Assembly: GCA_002269645.1 (NCBI GenBank)
Contig: NIVC01000416.1
Coordinates: forward strand, 62,001 to 126,000
Source: Macrostomum lignano
Lineage: Eukaryota
Length of the DNA stretch: 64,000 nt
Reading direction: 5' to 3'
Of this stretch, positions 53,029 to 64,000 are shown piece after piece. Numbering within the stretch: the first letter of the stretch is position 1; every line of letters begins with the position of its first letter. Under the pieces are notes generated by a model. The model saw nothing but the letters and a program-made list of their open reading frames with translations, was not told where the DNA came from and searched no databases. The position numbers and the translations under genes are program-made.

Positions 53029-53075
53029 TTGGCATGGACCGGCGTCTCTGAAAGCTTGGATCCCAAGTCGGACAT
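53029..53075 (-). CDS. Candidate first coding exon of the ERG channel (MSDLGSKLSETPVHAK)
   Basis: ATG at 53075 and donor GCC AA|GTAACT at 53029/53028. The phase (2) fits the acceptor of exon 50330. No homology support. Confidence 0.35.
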
Positions 53076-53764
53076 AATCAAACAAGAGCCATGCGAGATG
53101 CCTCCATCTAAAAGCTTTCTCCCCAAATGCTTCTCTCTATTCTCTTCATTCTCCCATTGGCTGTTTGAGTCCTGCTCAATTTTTATTCCTCTTCCTGTTC
53201 CTACATGCGACCCGCCCCCCCCCACCCTCAAACTCGGGCCTACGGATTGCAGATTTGGAAATCTTCCATCTACGCGGCTTCACGTAGCAACAATCCTAAG
53301 TTCCCATAGCCTTGACGGATAGCTGCTGGGGATTAGCACTTCTCTCTCCCCGCAGTCAGTATAGTCTCTGACATCCTATCAACAACTTTAGATGAAGATT
53401 TCCAAGCCAGAGTATTCGATCCTGCTGCATCGAATACTGATCAGTGCCCGGGGAATGAAATCAGCTGGAAATTCCATCAGACAAGCGAGAGTCTTCTTTC
53501 TTTTCGAGTGACTTTTTTGCTCAAAGCAAAGTGACTGTTTAGAAATGTGTTTCTGTATCATACTTCAAGTAGTCTATGATGAGTTTTATTTGAAATAAGT
53601 AAAAAAATTGATGACTTTTTTGTTTTTCTAAGTACGAACCTCTGAATTGTCATCGAGAAAGTCTCTTTTGTGTCTTATTGACTGGGCAACAATTATAATC
53701 ACTTTTGAAGTCACTTTCAAAGCTTTTAACGTACTTTAGATTACAGTAGATAGGAGAGTTAAAG

Positions 53765-55285
53765 AGAAGGGAGAGGGAGAGGCAGAGAAGGGGAGAGGGA
53801 GAGGCAGAGAAGGGGAGAGGGAGAGGCAGAGAAGGGGAGAGGGAGAGGCAGAGAAGGGGAGAGGGAGAGGCAGAGAAGGGGAGAGGGAGAGGCAGAGAAG
53901 GGGAGAGGGAGAGGCAGAGAAGGGGAGAGGGAGAGGCAGAGAAGGGGAGAGGGAGAGGCAGAGAAGGGGAGAGGGAGAGGCAGAGAAGGGGAGAGGGAGA
54001 GGCAGAGAAGGGAGAGGGAGAGGCAGAGAAGGGAGAGGGAGAGGCAGAGAAGGGAGAGGGAGAGGCAGAGAAGGGAGAGGGAGAGGCAGAGAAGGGAGAG
54101 GGAGAGGCAGAGAAGGGGAGAAGGAGAGGTAGAGAAGGGAGAGGGAGAGGCAGAGAAGGGGAGAGGGAGAGGCAGAGAAGGGAGAGGGAGAGGCAGAGAA
54201 GGGAGAGGGAGAGGCAGAGAAGGGAGAGGGAGAGGCAGAGAAGGGGAGAGAGAGAGGCAGAGAAGGGGAGAAGGAGAGGTAGAGAATGGGAGAGGGAGTG
54301 TCAGAGAAGGGGAGAGGGAGAGGCAGAGAAGGGAGAAGGAGAGGCAGAGAAGGGAGAGGGAGAGGCAGAGAAGGGGAGAAGGAGAGGTAGAGAAGGGAGA
54401 GGGAGAGGCAGAGAAGGGAGAGGGAGAGGCAGAGAAGGGGGGAGGGAGAGGCAGAGAAGGGGAGAAGGAGAGGTAGAGAAGGGGAGAGGGAGTGTCAGAG
54501 AAGGGAGAGGGAGAGGCAGAGAAGGGGAGAGGGAGAGGCAGAGAAGGGAGAGGGAGAGGCAGAGAAAAGGAGAGGGAGAGGCAGAGAAGGGAGAGGGAGA
54601 GGCAGAGAAGGGAGAGGGAGAGGCAGAGAAGGGGAGAGAGAGAGGCAGAGAAGGGGAGAAGGAGAGGTAGAGAATGGGAGAGGGAGTGTCAGAGAAGGGG
54701 AGAGGGAGAGGCAGAGAAGGGAGAGGGAGAGGCAGAGAAGGGAGAGGGAGAGGCAGAGAAGGGGTGAAGGAGAGGTAGAGAAGGGAGAGGGAGAGGCAGA
54801 GAAGGGAGAGGGAGAGGCAGAGAAGGGAGAGGGAGAGGCAGAGAAGGGAGAGGGAGAGGCAGAGAAGGGAGAGGGAGAGGCAGAGAAGGGGAGAGGGAGA
54901 GGCAGAGAAGGGGAGAGGGAGAGGCAGAGAAGGGGAGAAGGAGAGGTAGAGAAGGGAGAGGGAGTGTCAGAGAAGGGAGAGGGAGAGGCAGAGAAGGGGA
55001 GAGGGAGAGGCAGAGAAGGGAGAGGGAGAGGCAGAGAAGGGGAGAGGGAGAGGCAGAGAAGGGGAGAGGGAGAGGCAGAGAAGGGGAGAAGGAGAGGCAG
55101 AGAATGGGAGAAGGAGAGGCAGAGAAGGGAGAGGGAGAGGCAGAGAAGGGAGAGGGAGAGGCAGAGAAGGGGAGAGGGAGAGGCAGAGAAGGGGAGAAGG
55201 AGAGGCAGAGAATGGGAGAGGGAGAGGCAGAGAAGGGGAGAGGGAGAGGCAGAGAAGGGGAGAAAGGGAGTCAGAGATGGGGAGA
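53765..55285. repeat. 22/23-bp purine repeat (gggagagggagaggcagagaag)
   Basis: Direct inspection. Confidence 0.95.
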
Positions 55286-56815
55286 AGGAGAGTCCCCCTT
55301 CCCCTATAGGGGGACATGGAGATTCAGAGAAGAGGGAGACTGAGATTCAGGAGAATAACAAGTGTCACAGAGAATCAAGAAAGAGAATCACGCGACAGAA
55401 TGGACTCAGCTAAAATGCAATTAAGTTAAGTTGGCCGTTCAATGCGCTTATTAACTTAGGCTGGTGCAGGCTGGTGCTAAAACTCGCCAGAGAGTAAACT
55501 GATCGATTAATTGGTCATGCAGTGTTAGGCAGTCTCTCGTATAAACGTTCCTATAGGTTGGGCCCTGAAGCGATGATTGGTACTCCTAGTTGTTCTCACT
55601 ACACACTATAGTAGTTAGCAGCAGCATTGGGGCCTGACAGAAAAGAAACCTATGAAGACTTCCAACTAGCGCCCAAGCCTGAATCGGCGCACCAGGGCAG
55701 CGGAAGAACTTGGTAGAGCAGTAGCTCTCAGCGTCTTCTCTGGCCTTTCTGCCCCCCCCCCAGAAACCAGCTTCTCCTACTCCAGCCCGTTCTCAACCTA
55801 CAGCACCCTAAGCTCCTTGGTCTTCACTTGAACAGTTCTGAAGCACTTGTCAGGTTCTGCTGCTGAGCCTACCCACCCCACTGTTGGCTCAGCCATTCCT
55901 TAACCCATCCATCCATCCATCTTCATAGTCGCTCCCGTCTCATTATGTGCCTTCACTCTAAATTCTCTCAAGTCACATTCAGGCTAAAGTTTACACGGCT
56001 GAACAATGACTGCGCCGATGGCTAATATTGTATATTGAAGCTCTCAATTGAACTGCTGTTCACCTGCAAGGAAGAGGATGAGAGAGGCTGGATGGACGAT
56101 CAAAGAAGAGAGATGATGAGAGGAAAAGTCAGAAGAATAACATGGGGGGGGCTGTGCATGGCCATCATTATAGACATCGATCGCCTTGCTAGGGCCTGAG
56201 TCAGACCCTGATCCCCCCAACCCCCTGCGCAACCTGAGGAGTTAACTAAAAAGGGGAAGATGAGGATTAAAAAAAAAGAAGAGAGTGCAAAAAACTAGGA
56301 AATCAAGCGGCTCCTCTCGCGGCTAGGGAACAGAGGAGGGATAAAGAATAGGGAAGAAAGATGAGATGCTAGCATAATAATCTCTATCTCCAGTTGCGGA
56401 CATTCAAATCCGATGGACGGTGAGGAGAGAACAGAGAGCGCCGAACGAAGTCAGAACTTGTAGAGCAGAGTGTTATGAGCTCTTCTCCCAATATACCCCC
56501 AGCAAGCCCCCACTGGGACTTTGGGAAACCAAAAAACCATCGCTAGCTGACGGATCCAGAGAGGCGGAGAGAGAAAGTCGAGACAAGGACCACATGTAGT
56601 TAACATCTGGACTGGGCCAAGTTATTAGATTTAGTAACCGCACAGTGTAAAAGCATTGCATAATTAGACGGGGACTTTCTCATTCCTGTAAAAAGTTGCA
56701 GCGATGGCAACCTTACAGGCCAGAGTTTTATTTTATCGAAATCAGGTAAAGTGGCTCGCTTGATGAAGAGTAGATAAATAAAGGTAAATATCAACATGAA
56801 GTATTATTTGAGTTG

Positions 56816-56855
56816 CCGATGCATTTCGTCCATTTGCATTAGGACATCGTCAGGG
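56816..56855 (-). ncRNA. Minimal type I hammerhead ribozyme in the Penelope pseudo-LTR
   Basis: The minus strand reads CC-CUGACGA-U-GUCC-UAAUGCAAAU-GGAC-GAAA-UGCA-UC-GG. This gives the catalytic core, a 4-bp stem II, a palindromic UGCA stem III loop, an AUC cleavage triplet and a 2-bp stem I. Confidence 0.65.
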
Positions 56856-57681
56856 TCTTTTTATTTAAGAAACAATTTGAACGAATATTCAGTATATATA
56901 GATAGTTGAGAGTAACAAGAGTAGTTGAATTGAGTTTTTAATTGATGGTTTAAAACTTGTACATAGTAATCAATTTTTGATACAGTATTGGTTGGGTAAA
57001 GTGCATATCAGTTTCAAGCCAGTCCGGTCATTGACAAATCAGCTAAAAAATTCTGAGTTGACGGCTAGCCCCACCCATCGCAAGTTGGTTATTTAACGTG
57101 GGCTGTTTGGTCTTAATGTACAGGGCTTCTAATAGGCAGAGCATGTGATCTCTATTACAATGTAATCCAGTGTTCCACGTCCTCTCGCGGCTGGTGTCGT
57201 GTATAAATTTGTTTGCTCTGAGGACCAGAGCATCTCCTACATAGGAAAAACTAAACGACACTTATACACGAGGGTCAGAGAGCACTGGCTAAAAAACTCT
57301 GCTATTAACGAACACCTGCTAACCTGCAATTCTTGTTGTGAGGCTGAACCACACGAAATGATAAAGGCTATTGATTTTTGTAATAGAGATCACATGCTCT
57401 GCCTATTAGAAGCCCTGTACATTAAGACCAAACAGCCCACGTTAAATAACCAACTTGCGATGGGTGGGGCTAGCCGTCAACTCAGAATTTTTTAGCTGAT
57501 TTGTCAATGACCGGACTGGCTTGAAACTGATATGCACTTTACCCAACCAATACTGTATCAAAAATTGATTACTATGTACAAGTTTTAAACCATCAATTAA
57601 AAACTCAATTCAACTACTCTTGTTACTCTCAACTATCTATATATACTGAATATTCGTTCAAATTGTTTCTCAATAAAAAGA

Positions 57682-57722
57682 CCCTGACGATGTCCTAATG
57701 CAAATGGACGAAATGCATTCCC
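57682..57722 (+). ncRNA. Degenerate second hammerhead copy
   Basis: Same core and stem II, but the 3' side reads GAAA-UGCA-UUCCC, so stem I pairing is lost. Confidence 0.45.
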
Positions 57723-58494
57723 AACTCAAATAATACTTCATGTTGATATTTACCTTTATTTATTTTATCGATTAATATAAATCGTTTGAGTCTTCCTCCA
57801 TAAAACTTTTCGAGCTTCGAGACTCTTTAGTGAAGTTTGATAACGCCCGCATTTTGGCGTTTTTGAGTAATGGCACAAAATTCCATGGGCATCAACTTCC
57901 CCAAATGAGTCAGGCAAGACCTTGGCCTTCAAGGCAGCAATTTCCCTAAGCTGTCAGATAAGCTGCTTGCAGACGCGACTCTGCTGCCCCCCCCCCCCGG
58001 AGCCGTCTCTCCTCCTCCACCAAAACCAGTTCGAACCTCCAAACGAACTGCCGGTCAGAGGGGGGCAAGACAGAAATCCCTGGAAAAATAAAACTAATGG
58101 GAGGCCGCCAAAAATAGGGGGGGGGGTGGGAATAAAATCCCTTTCTCCCAAGGCCGAGAATGGGAGAATAATATATATTTATCCCACTCAGGCTGGACCG
58201 CCACTGCTGGAAGGGGTACTAAAACCGCGCCCGCCCCTGTGCCCCCCCCCCAATCTCATAAATCTGAGAGGTCGCCGCCGACCAGGGTGGGGACAGTAGC
58301 GGATTAAGGGGGAGTCCACTTTGCCGCGCAGCTCTCCCAATCCGCCAATAATCCCAAATCCTGAAGGCCACACGCGGCTGTAAATCTTTGTTCCTAAAAA
58401 AGCAGAGCTTCGATTTCTACTCAGACTAAGTTCGAATCAGTTCAGCCGCTGCAACCGAATTTCTTGCTCACGTTATCGCGCCCCTAGCAACCAT

Positions 58495-58985
58495 GTACCT
58501 TTTCTACTGTCCTTAGCAACCGGTCTTCTATCGACCTTAGCAACCGATCTTCAATCGACCTTAGCAACCGGGGTATTCAATCGATCTTAGCAACCGGTCT
58601 TCAATCGACCTTAGCAACCGGTCCTCAATCGACCTTAGCAACCGGTCTTCAATCGACCTTAGCAACCGATCTTCAATCGACCTTAGCAATCGGTATTCAA
58701 TCGATCTTAGCAACCGGGGTATTCAATCGACCTTAGCAACCGGGGTATTCAATCGATCTTAGCAACCGGTCTTTAATCGACCTTAGCAACCGATCTTCAA
58801 TCAACCTTAGCAATCGGTATTCAATCGATCTTAGCAACCGGTCTTTAATCGACCTTAGCAACCGGTCTTCTATCAACCTTAGCAACCGGTCTTCTATCAA
58901 CCTTAGCAACCGATCTTCAATCGACCTTAGCAACCGGATTCTTCTATCGAACTTAGCAACCGGGATATTCTATCAACCTTAACAA
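58495..58985. repeat. 24/25-bp minisatellite (tcttcaatcgaccttagcaaccgg)
   Basis: Direct inspection. Confidence 0.93.
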
Positions 58986-59654
58986 CCCTCGTAGTCTAAA
59001 AATCTTGTTTCATGCTGCCATTCCGAAAATGATAATTTATTGCGCCCATCGTGGCAAAGAAAAAATGGCACAGATGGAAGGGGGCCAGTAGCAAAGAGGG
59101 GATAAAAAAACAGATTCTGCAGGTGTTTCCAGTAGAAAAAGTTCCCACAAAAAGCCCAGCGCACGCCTTGAGAGCAGTGGAGAACTCAAGCGGTTGCTGT
59201 CCGGCTGTGGGGTGAAAATAAATTGATTCGCAGCTGGGATGGGGGCAGCTTAGGGAATGCTGGCTCGGGTGGCTGAGCTGATAGGCAAACAAAAATGGAC
59301 TTCCTTGAGGCAGGAAAAGCCTTCACTTGCTTTCCAAGCGCCTCTCTGTCTTCAAGGTGAGCTGCACTAGCGGGTGGGGAGTGCTCAAGCAAATTTGGCT
59401 CCGGCAAGACTGGCGAATCCGGCTGAAACTTTGAAATCTGTTGCTGCCGTTGCTGCTTCTAGGGGGAGGGGGGCTTCACTAGAGAATTCGATTGTGTCAA
59501 CAAGTTGAGGAAGAGCCAGTGGCTGGCTAACTAAAGGCTCTTGGTATAATATTTTGTTAGACTCCGCGAGGCGCGACTTTCTTACAAAGTTTGTTTTGAA
59601 GTGACAATGGTTGAAGCCGGTTAAATGCTCATTTTGCTCAGTACATTCCTACGG

Positions 59655-59790
59655 CCTAATGTGCTCCGCAGTGAGGAATGCCCATTCTGCCTCTCCGGTG
59701 TCGAGAATGCGGAGCACTTCATCTGTGAATTGCCCGCCTTTACTCAGGACAGGCTCACCTACCTCGGCCCAAACCCGGACCGCTGTATCC
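59655..59790 (+). mobile_element. Non-LTR retrotransposon 3' remnant (C-terminal CCHC zinc-knuckle region)
   Basis: Translation SEECPFCLSGVENAEHFICELPAFTQDRLTYLGP resembles the CxxC...E..EH..C.C..F...R motif at the end of LINE ORF2. Confidence 0.5.
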
Positions 59791-59849
59791 GGATGCCCGG
59801 AATCTCTGCAGCTGCGAGCGTAAGTCAAGTACATATATGTCATCGGTTT

Positions 59850-59988
<139 letters not shown>

Positions 59989-60324
59989 ACGCCGTGACCC
60001 TAGCTCTGTCTCTATTAAAAATATTTTTCAGACTTTTGTCTTTCTGTTAATGGGGGCTATTTATGATTGAATTGTCTATGGTCGAAACGGGGCTTTCAGT
60101 TAATGACCAGATATTAATTAAGCAGAGGTCATTATCGTGACGTGACAATTTCGATTAATGCAAGCGTATTTCCGAGCCTAGAGATACTCCCTGGTTCTGC
60201 TTAGAGAGCTGAACCGCAAAGACATTGTTTTAAGAATTACTCAAACTTACTGTTGTTGCTGTTGATGTTGTTCTTTTGTTGTTGTCGTCAACGTTAATAT
60301 ACCGTAATGCTAACCATTTGAACC

Positions 60325-60745
60325 CAGTCTATGGTTTGTGTTGTCTATGGTTTGTGTTGTCTAAGGTTTGTGTTGTCTATGGTTTGTGTTGTCTATGGTT
60401 TGTGTTGTCTAAGGTTAGTGTTGTCTATGGTTTGTGTTGTCTATGGTTTGTGTTGTCTATGGTTTTTGTTGTCTAAGGTTTGTGTTGTCTATGGTTTGTG
60501 TTGTCTATGGTTTGTGTTGTCTATGGTTTGTGTTGTCTAAGGTTATTGTTGTCTATGGTTTGTGTTGTCTATGGTTTGTGTTGTCTATGGTTTGTGTTGT
60601 CTATGGTTTGTGTTGTCTATGGTTTGTGTTGTCTATGGTTTGTGTTGTCTATGGTTTGTGTTGTCTATGGTTTGTGTTGTCTATGGTTTGTGTTGTCTAT
60701 GGTTTGTGTTGTCTATGGTTTGTGTTGTCTCTGGTTTGTGTTTTC
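60325..60745. repeat. 16-bp repeat (tgtctatggtttgtgt)
   Basis: Direct inspection. Confidence 0.95.
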
Positions 60746-61589
60746 TATAGAGTGGATAATTGATTGTTCATCATCATCCAGACGGACTTTGGGAAACTTC
60801 AACTCCATTCAGTATGTGACTTCTATCTTACGTGCAGCTGAGCAGACTGATACACAAGGGAGATTATACAAATAAAGCGAAGTAGATTTCGGCCCCGGAG
60901 AGGTAGTTAGGTACATTTTTCAGGGGAGAGAACAAATCAAAAGGTCGTCCATCGTACACATTTTCGAGCATGCAAATCAGGAATCTGGGTGCAGCAACAG
61001 CAGCAGCAGCAGCAGCAGCCATATAACTGAGCTCCCTCCTTATCCCCACACTTTCTCTCCCTTGGTTGAATAAAAACACCCAGCGACCCAGGGGGCGCGG
61101 CGGTTGGGACGTCGCGAGAAATCAATCGAATACCCTGACGGAAATCAGTCTGGCCAGAAAGGGGGTCAGGGAGGGGCCAGAGGGGAGGGGGCATAGCTGG
61201 CCTGGATCAATCATTTCATTACTGGAGAAGCCGCTGCTGATGCAGGCGGCAGCAACAGGACTGGTAGATAGAATTTTTAGATAGACAGCGGGGTATATGA
61301 CTGCAGCTTAATGAAGAGCCTTAGTCAGTTGGACATGGAGAAGGCGTTTTTGAAGAGCAAAACAGTTGGGGAGAGCCAGCGAGTTGAACCACTAGAGAGA
61401 TTAGACTTACCGGTAACGCAAAAAATGTAGGAAGTTAAAAAAAATTGCCCTTATAAGGTAGATTTTCCATTTCATCACCTCATTGGGATTAGTTGGCTTT
61501 TGAAGTCTATAAATGGTGTGCAATGCTTATCATTTGTGGAGTCGATGGTTTCTGTCTATAGATTGGAATGTCCATCGTTTGTGATATCT

Positions 61590-62115
61590 ATGGTCTGTGA
61601 TGACTTCGGTTTGTGTTGTCTATGGTTCGTGTTGTCTATGTTTTGCATTGTCTAGGGCTTGTGATGTCTATGGTTCGTGTTGTCTATGTTTTGCATTGTC
61701 TAGGGCTTGTGATGTCTATGTTTCGTGTTGTCTATGTTTTGCATTGTCTAGGGCTTGTGATGTCTATGGTTTGTGTTGTCTATGGTTTGCATCGTCTGAT
61801 AAGGTTTGTGTTGTCTATGTTTTGCATTGTCTAGGGCTTGTGATGTCTATGGTTCGTGTTGTCTATGTTTTGTATTGTCTAGGGCTTGTGATGTCTATGG
61901 TTCGTGTTGTCTATGTTTTGCATTGTCTAGGGCTTGTGATATCTATGGTTTGTATTGTCTATGGTTTGCATCGTCTGATAAGGTTTGTTTTGTCTATGGC
62001 TTGTGATGCCTATGGTTTGTGTTGTCTTTGGTTTGTGTTGTTTATGGTTTGTGATGTCTATGCTTGTGTTCTCTATGGTTTGCGATGCCTATGGTTGTGT
62101 TCTCTATGGTTTGTG
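61590..62115. repeat. 48-bp higher-order (3 x 16) version of the 60.3-kb repeat
   Basis: Unit tgtctatggttcgtgt-tgtctatgttttgcat-tgtctagggcttgtga. Confidence 0.85.
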
Positions 62116-63147
62116 AAAAGGCATAGACGCCTTGGGATGTCTATGGCTTGCAATTTTAAAGGTTTGTGATGGACTACTACCGTAAGGCTTACGTAGATCT
62201 GTTAAAAGTTCAAAGCAGCTCACCTGAAATTGTCAACAGTATTTGATCAATCGTCAAAAACGTAGAGACAAGTAGACTAAGAAATAAGAAATTAGTTCAA
62301 GACGCAATGCTTCACATGTTGAAAGTTATTCAAGTTAACCCGCCCAACGCTGCGACACCCACACAGTCTATAGCCCTGTAAGTTTAGCCACTGGCTTGCG
62401 CCACTGTCAACCAATCATCGTGCGCCCAGTGCTACCAACCGGCACTTTTTTGGGGAATATAATCCTTTCTCTCTCCGTCCATCAGTCGCCATAGACTGAC
62501 CATCCCTCCCATTGGTTTGTATGCATGGCATGCTAATGGCATCCATTCTTTAAACACTGACTGGATTCCTGAGCTCTTTCTACCTCTCTATCACTGCGGC
62601 TATACCACCTCCTTTCATGGCATTCATTCTCTCATCATAGCCCTGTTAATGTTCCCATAGACTCACGAGGAAGTAGAGGCTCTTAGGACAGTCCAACTGG
62701 CTGCATGGGCTCTAATTAATATGCCAAGGAAAGAGCTGAGGAAGGAAGGAAACAGGGAGAGGCAGAGGCAGAGGGCGGGAGCTGGCTCTACTTTCAATGA
62801 TGGCGAGAGAAGGTAAAAGGGAGAGAGAGAACCGTGAAGTCCCGTCCTGAGCTGAGCTCAATTAGTCGGTAATGCGACACTGGCCGTGTTTAGGCAAAGA
62901 AAAAAGCGCAAAAAGGAACTACAGGTGAAAAATCATGACTGAGAGAGTCAGCGGCATGGAATGAGCAAATGCAGCGTTTGAACAGATTTTTCAGCTGGGA
63001 AAAATTTTGGGACTCGCTTTTTATGAACTATTATAATGCAACCACGAGTTTCATTCGTCAAATTATTCTTGTGATTTAACTATTCAAAAAAGTTTACTTT
63101 TTCCAGCTCGAATTGTAAATAGAAAAATAGAAAAATTTCTATAAAGG

Positions 63148-64000
63148 ATTGCATTAAGTACATTTCAGTGTTTTCAGTGTCTATGGCCAGGCCATGCTAT
63201 AAACTAGCATTAAGTACATTTCAGTGTTTTCAGTGTCTATGGCCAGGCCATGCTATAAACTAGCATTAAGTACATTTCAGTGTTTTCAGTGTCTATGGTC
63301 AGGCCATGCTATAAACTAGCATTAAGTACATTTCAGTGTTTTCAGTGTCTATGGTCAGGCCATGCTATAAACTAGCATTAAGTACATTTCAGTGTTTTCA
63401 GTGTCTATGGTCAGGCCATGCTATAAACTAGCATTAAGTACATTTCAGTGTTTTCAGTGTCTATGGTCAGGCCATGCTATAAACTAGCATTAAGTACATT
63501 TCAGTGTTTTCAGTGTCTATGGTAAGGCCATGCTATAAAATAGCATTAAGTACATTTCAGTGTTTTCAGTGTCTATGGCCAGGCCATGCTATTAACTAGC
63601 ATTAAGTACATTTCAGTGTTTTCAGTGTCTATGGTCAGGCCATGCTATAAACTAGCATTAAGTACATTTCCATGTCTATGGTCAGGCCATGCTATAAACT
63701 AGCATTAAGTACAGTTCAGTGTCTATGGTCAGGCCATGCTATAAACTAGCATTGTTACATTTCAGTGTCAATTTTCAGGCCATGCTATAAACTAGCATTA
63801 AGTACATTTCAGCGTCTATGGTCAGGCCATGCTATAAACTAGCATTAAGTACATTTCAGCGTCTATGGTCAGGCCATGCTATAAACTAGCATTAAGTACA
63901 TTTCAGTGTCTATGGTCAGGCCATGCTATAAACTAGCATTGTTACATTTCAGTGTCTATGGCCAGGCCATGCTATAAACTAGCATTAAGTACATTTCAGT
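63148..64000. repeat. 56-bp satellite shortening to 47 bp, with an ATGCTA-taaac-TAGCAT hairpin; runs off the right edge
   Basis: Direct inspection. Confidence 0.95.

Larger units (their letters stand above)
56774..57763 (+). mobile_element. Penelope-like retroelement 3' fragment (GIY-YIG endonuclease) with inverted pseudo-LTR arms 56774-57160 and 57378-57763
   Basis: ORF 57199-57495 VYKFVC...SYIGKTKRHLYTRVREH...LEALYIKTKQPTLNNQ is a PLE-type GIY-YIG. There is a ~386-bp near-perfect inverted duplication and a candidate 12-bp TSD ttattttatcga (56728-56739, 57760-57771). Confidence 0.85.

Noticed and set aside
60864-61079. Possible ERG PAS-cap exon ([22 protein letters not shown])
   Set aside because: There are no PAS-domain motifs and no phase-compatible donor; the Ala run is a CAG microsatellite.

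Overview
Eukaryotic (animal) genomic DNA with GT-AG introns, polyQ/polyA-rich exons and very dense minisatellites. This style suggests a free-living flatworm such as Macrostomum, which is an inference. Four protein-coding genes could be rebuilt exon by exon with matching intron phases: an eIF4G2/DAP5/NAT1-like gene (minus strand, runs off the left edge), numb (plus, 7 coding exons), an orphan rhodopsin-type GPCR (plus, 2 coding exons) and an ERG/KCNH2-like K+ channel (minus, at least 10 coding exons). Mobile DNA includes a decayed PHD-FLYWCH Mutator element with TIRs and a TSD, a non-autonomous hAT element, three copies of a tRNA-derived CORE-type SINE, a Penelope fragment with inverted pseudo-LTRs carrying minimal hammerhead ribozymes, and LINE remnants. 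About 30 different tandem arrays are present. The main novel observation is a 794-codon stop-free minus-strand frame (25969-28350) that the ORF track missed. It is built from 75 indel-free 30-bp units encoding EGTTASTNQS, with an N-glycosylation sequon in most units, and is a candidate mucin-like or adhesive glycoprotein exon of an unannotated gene.
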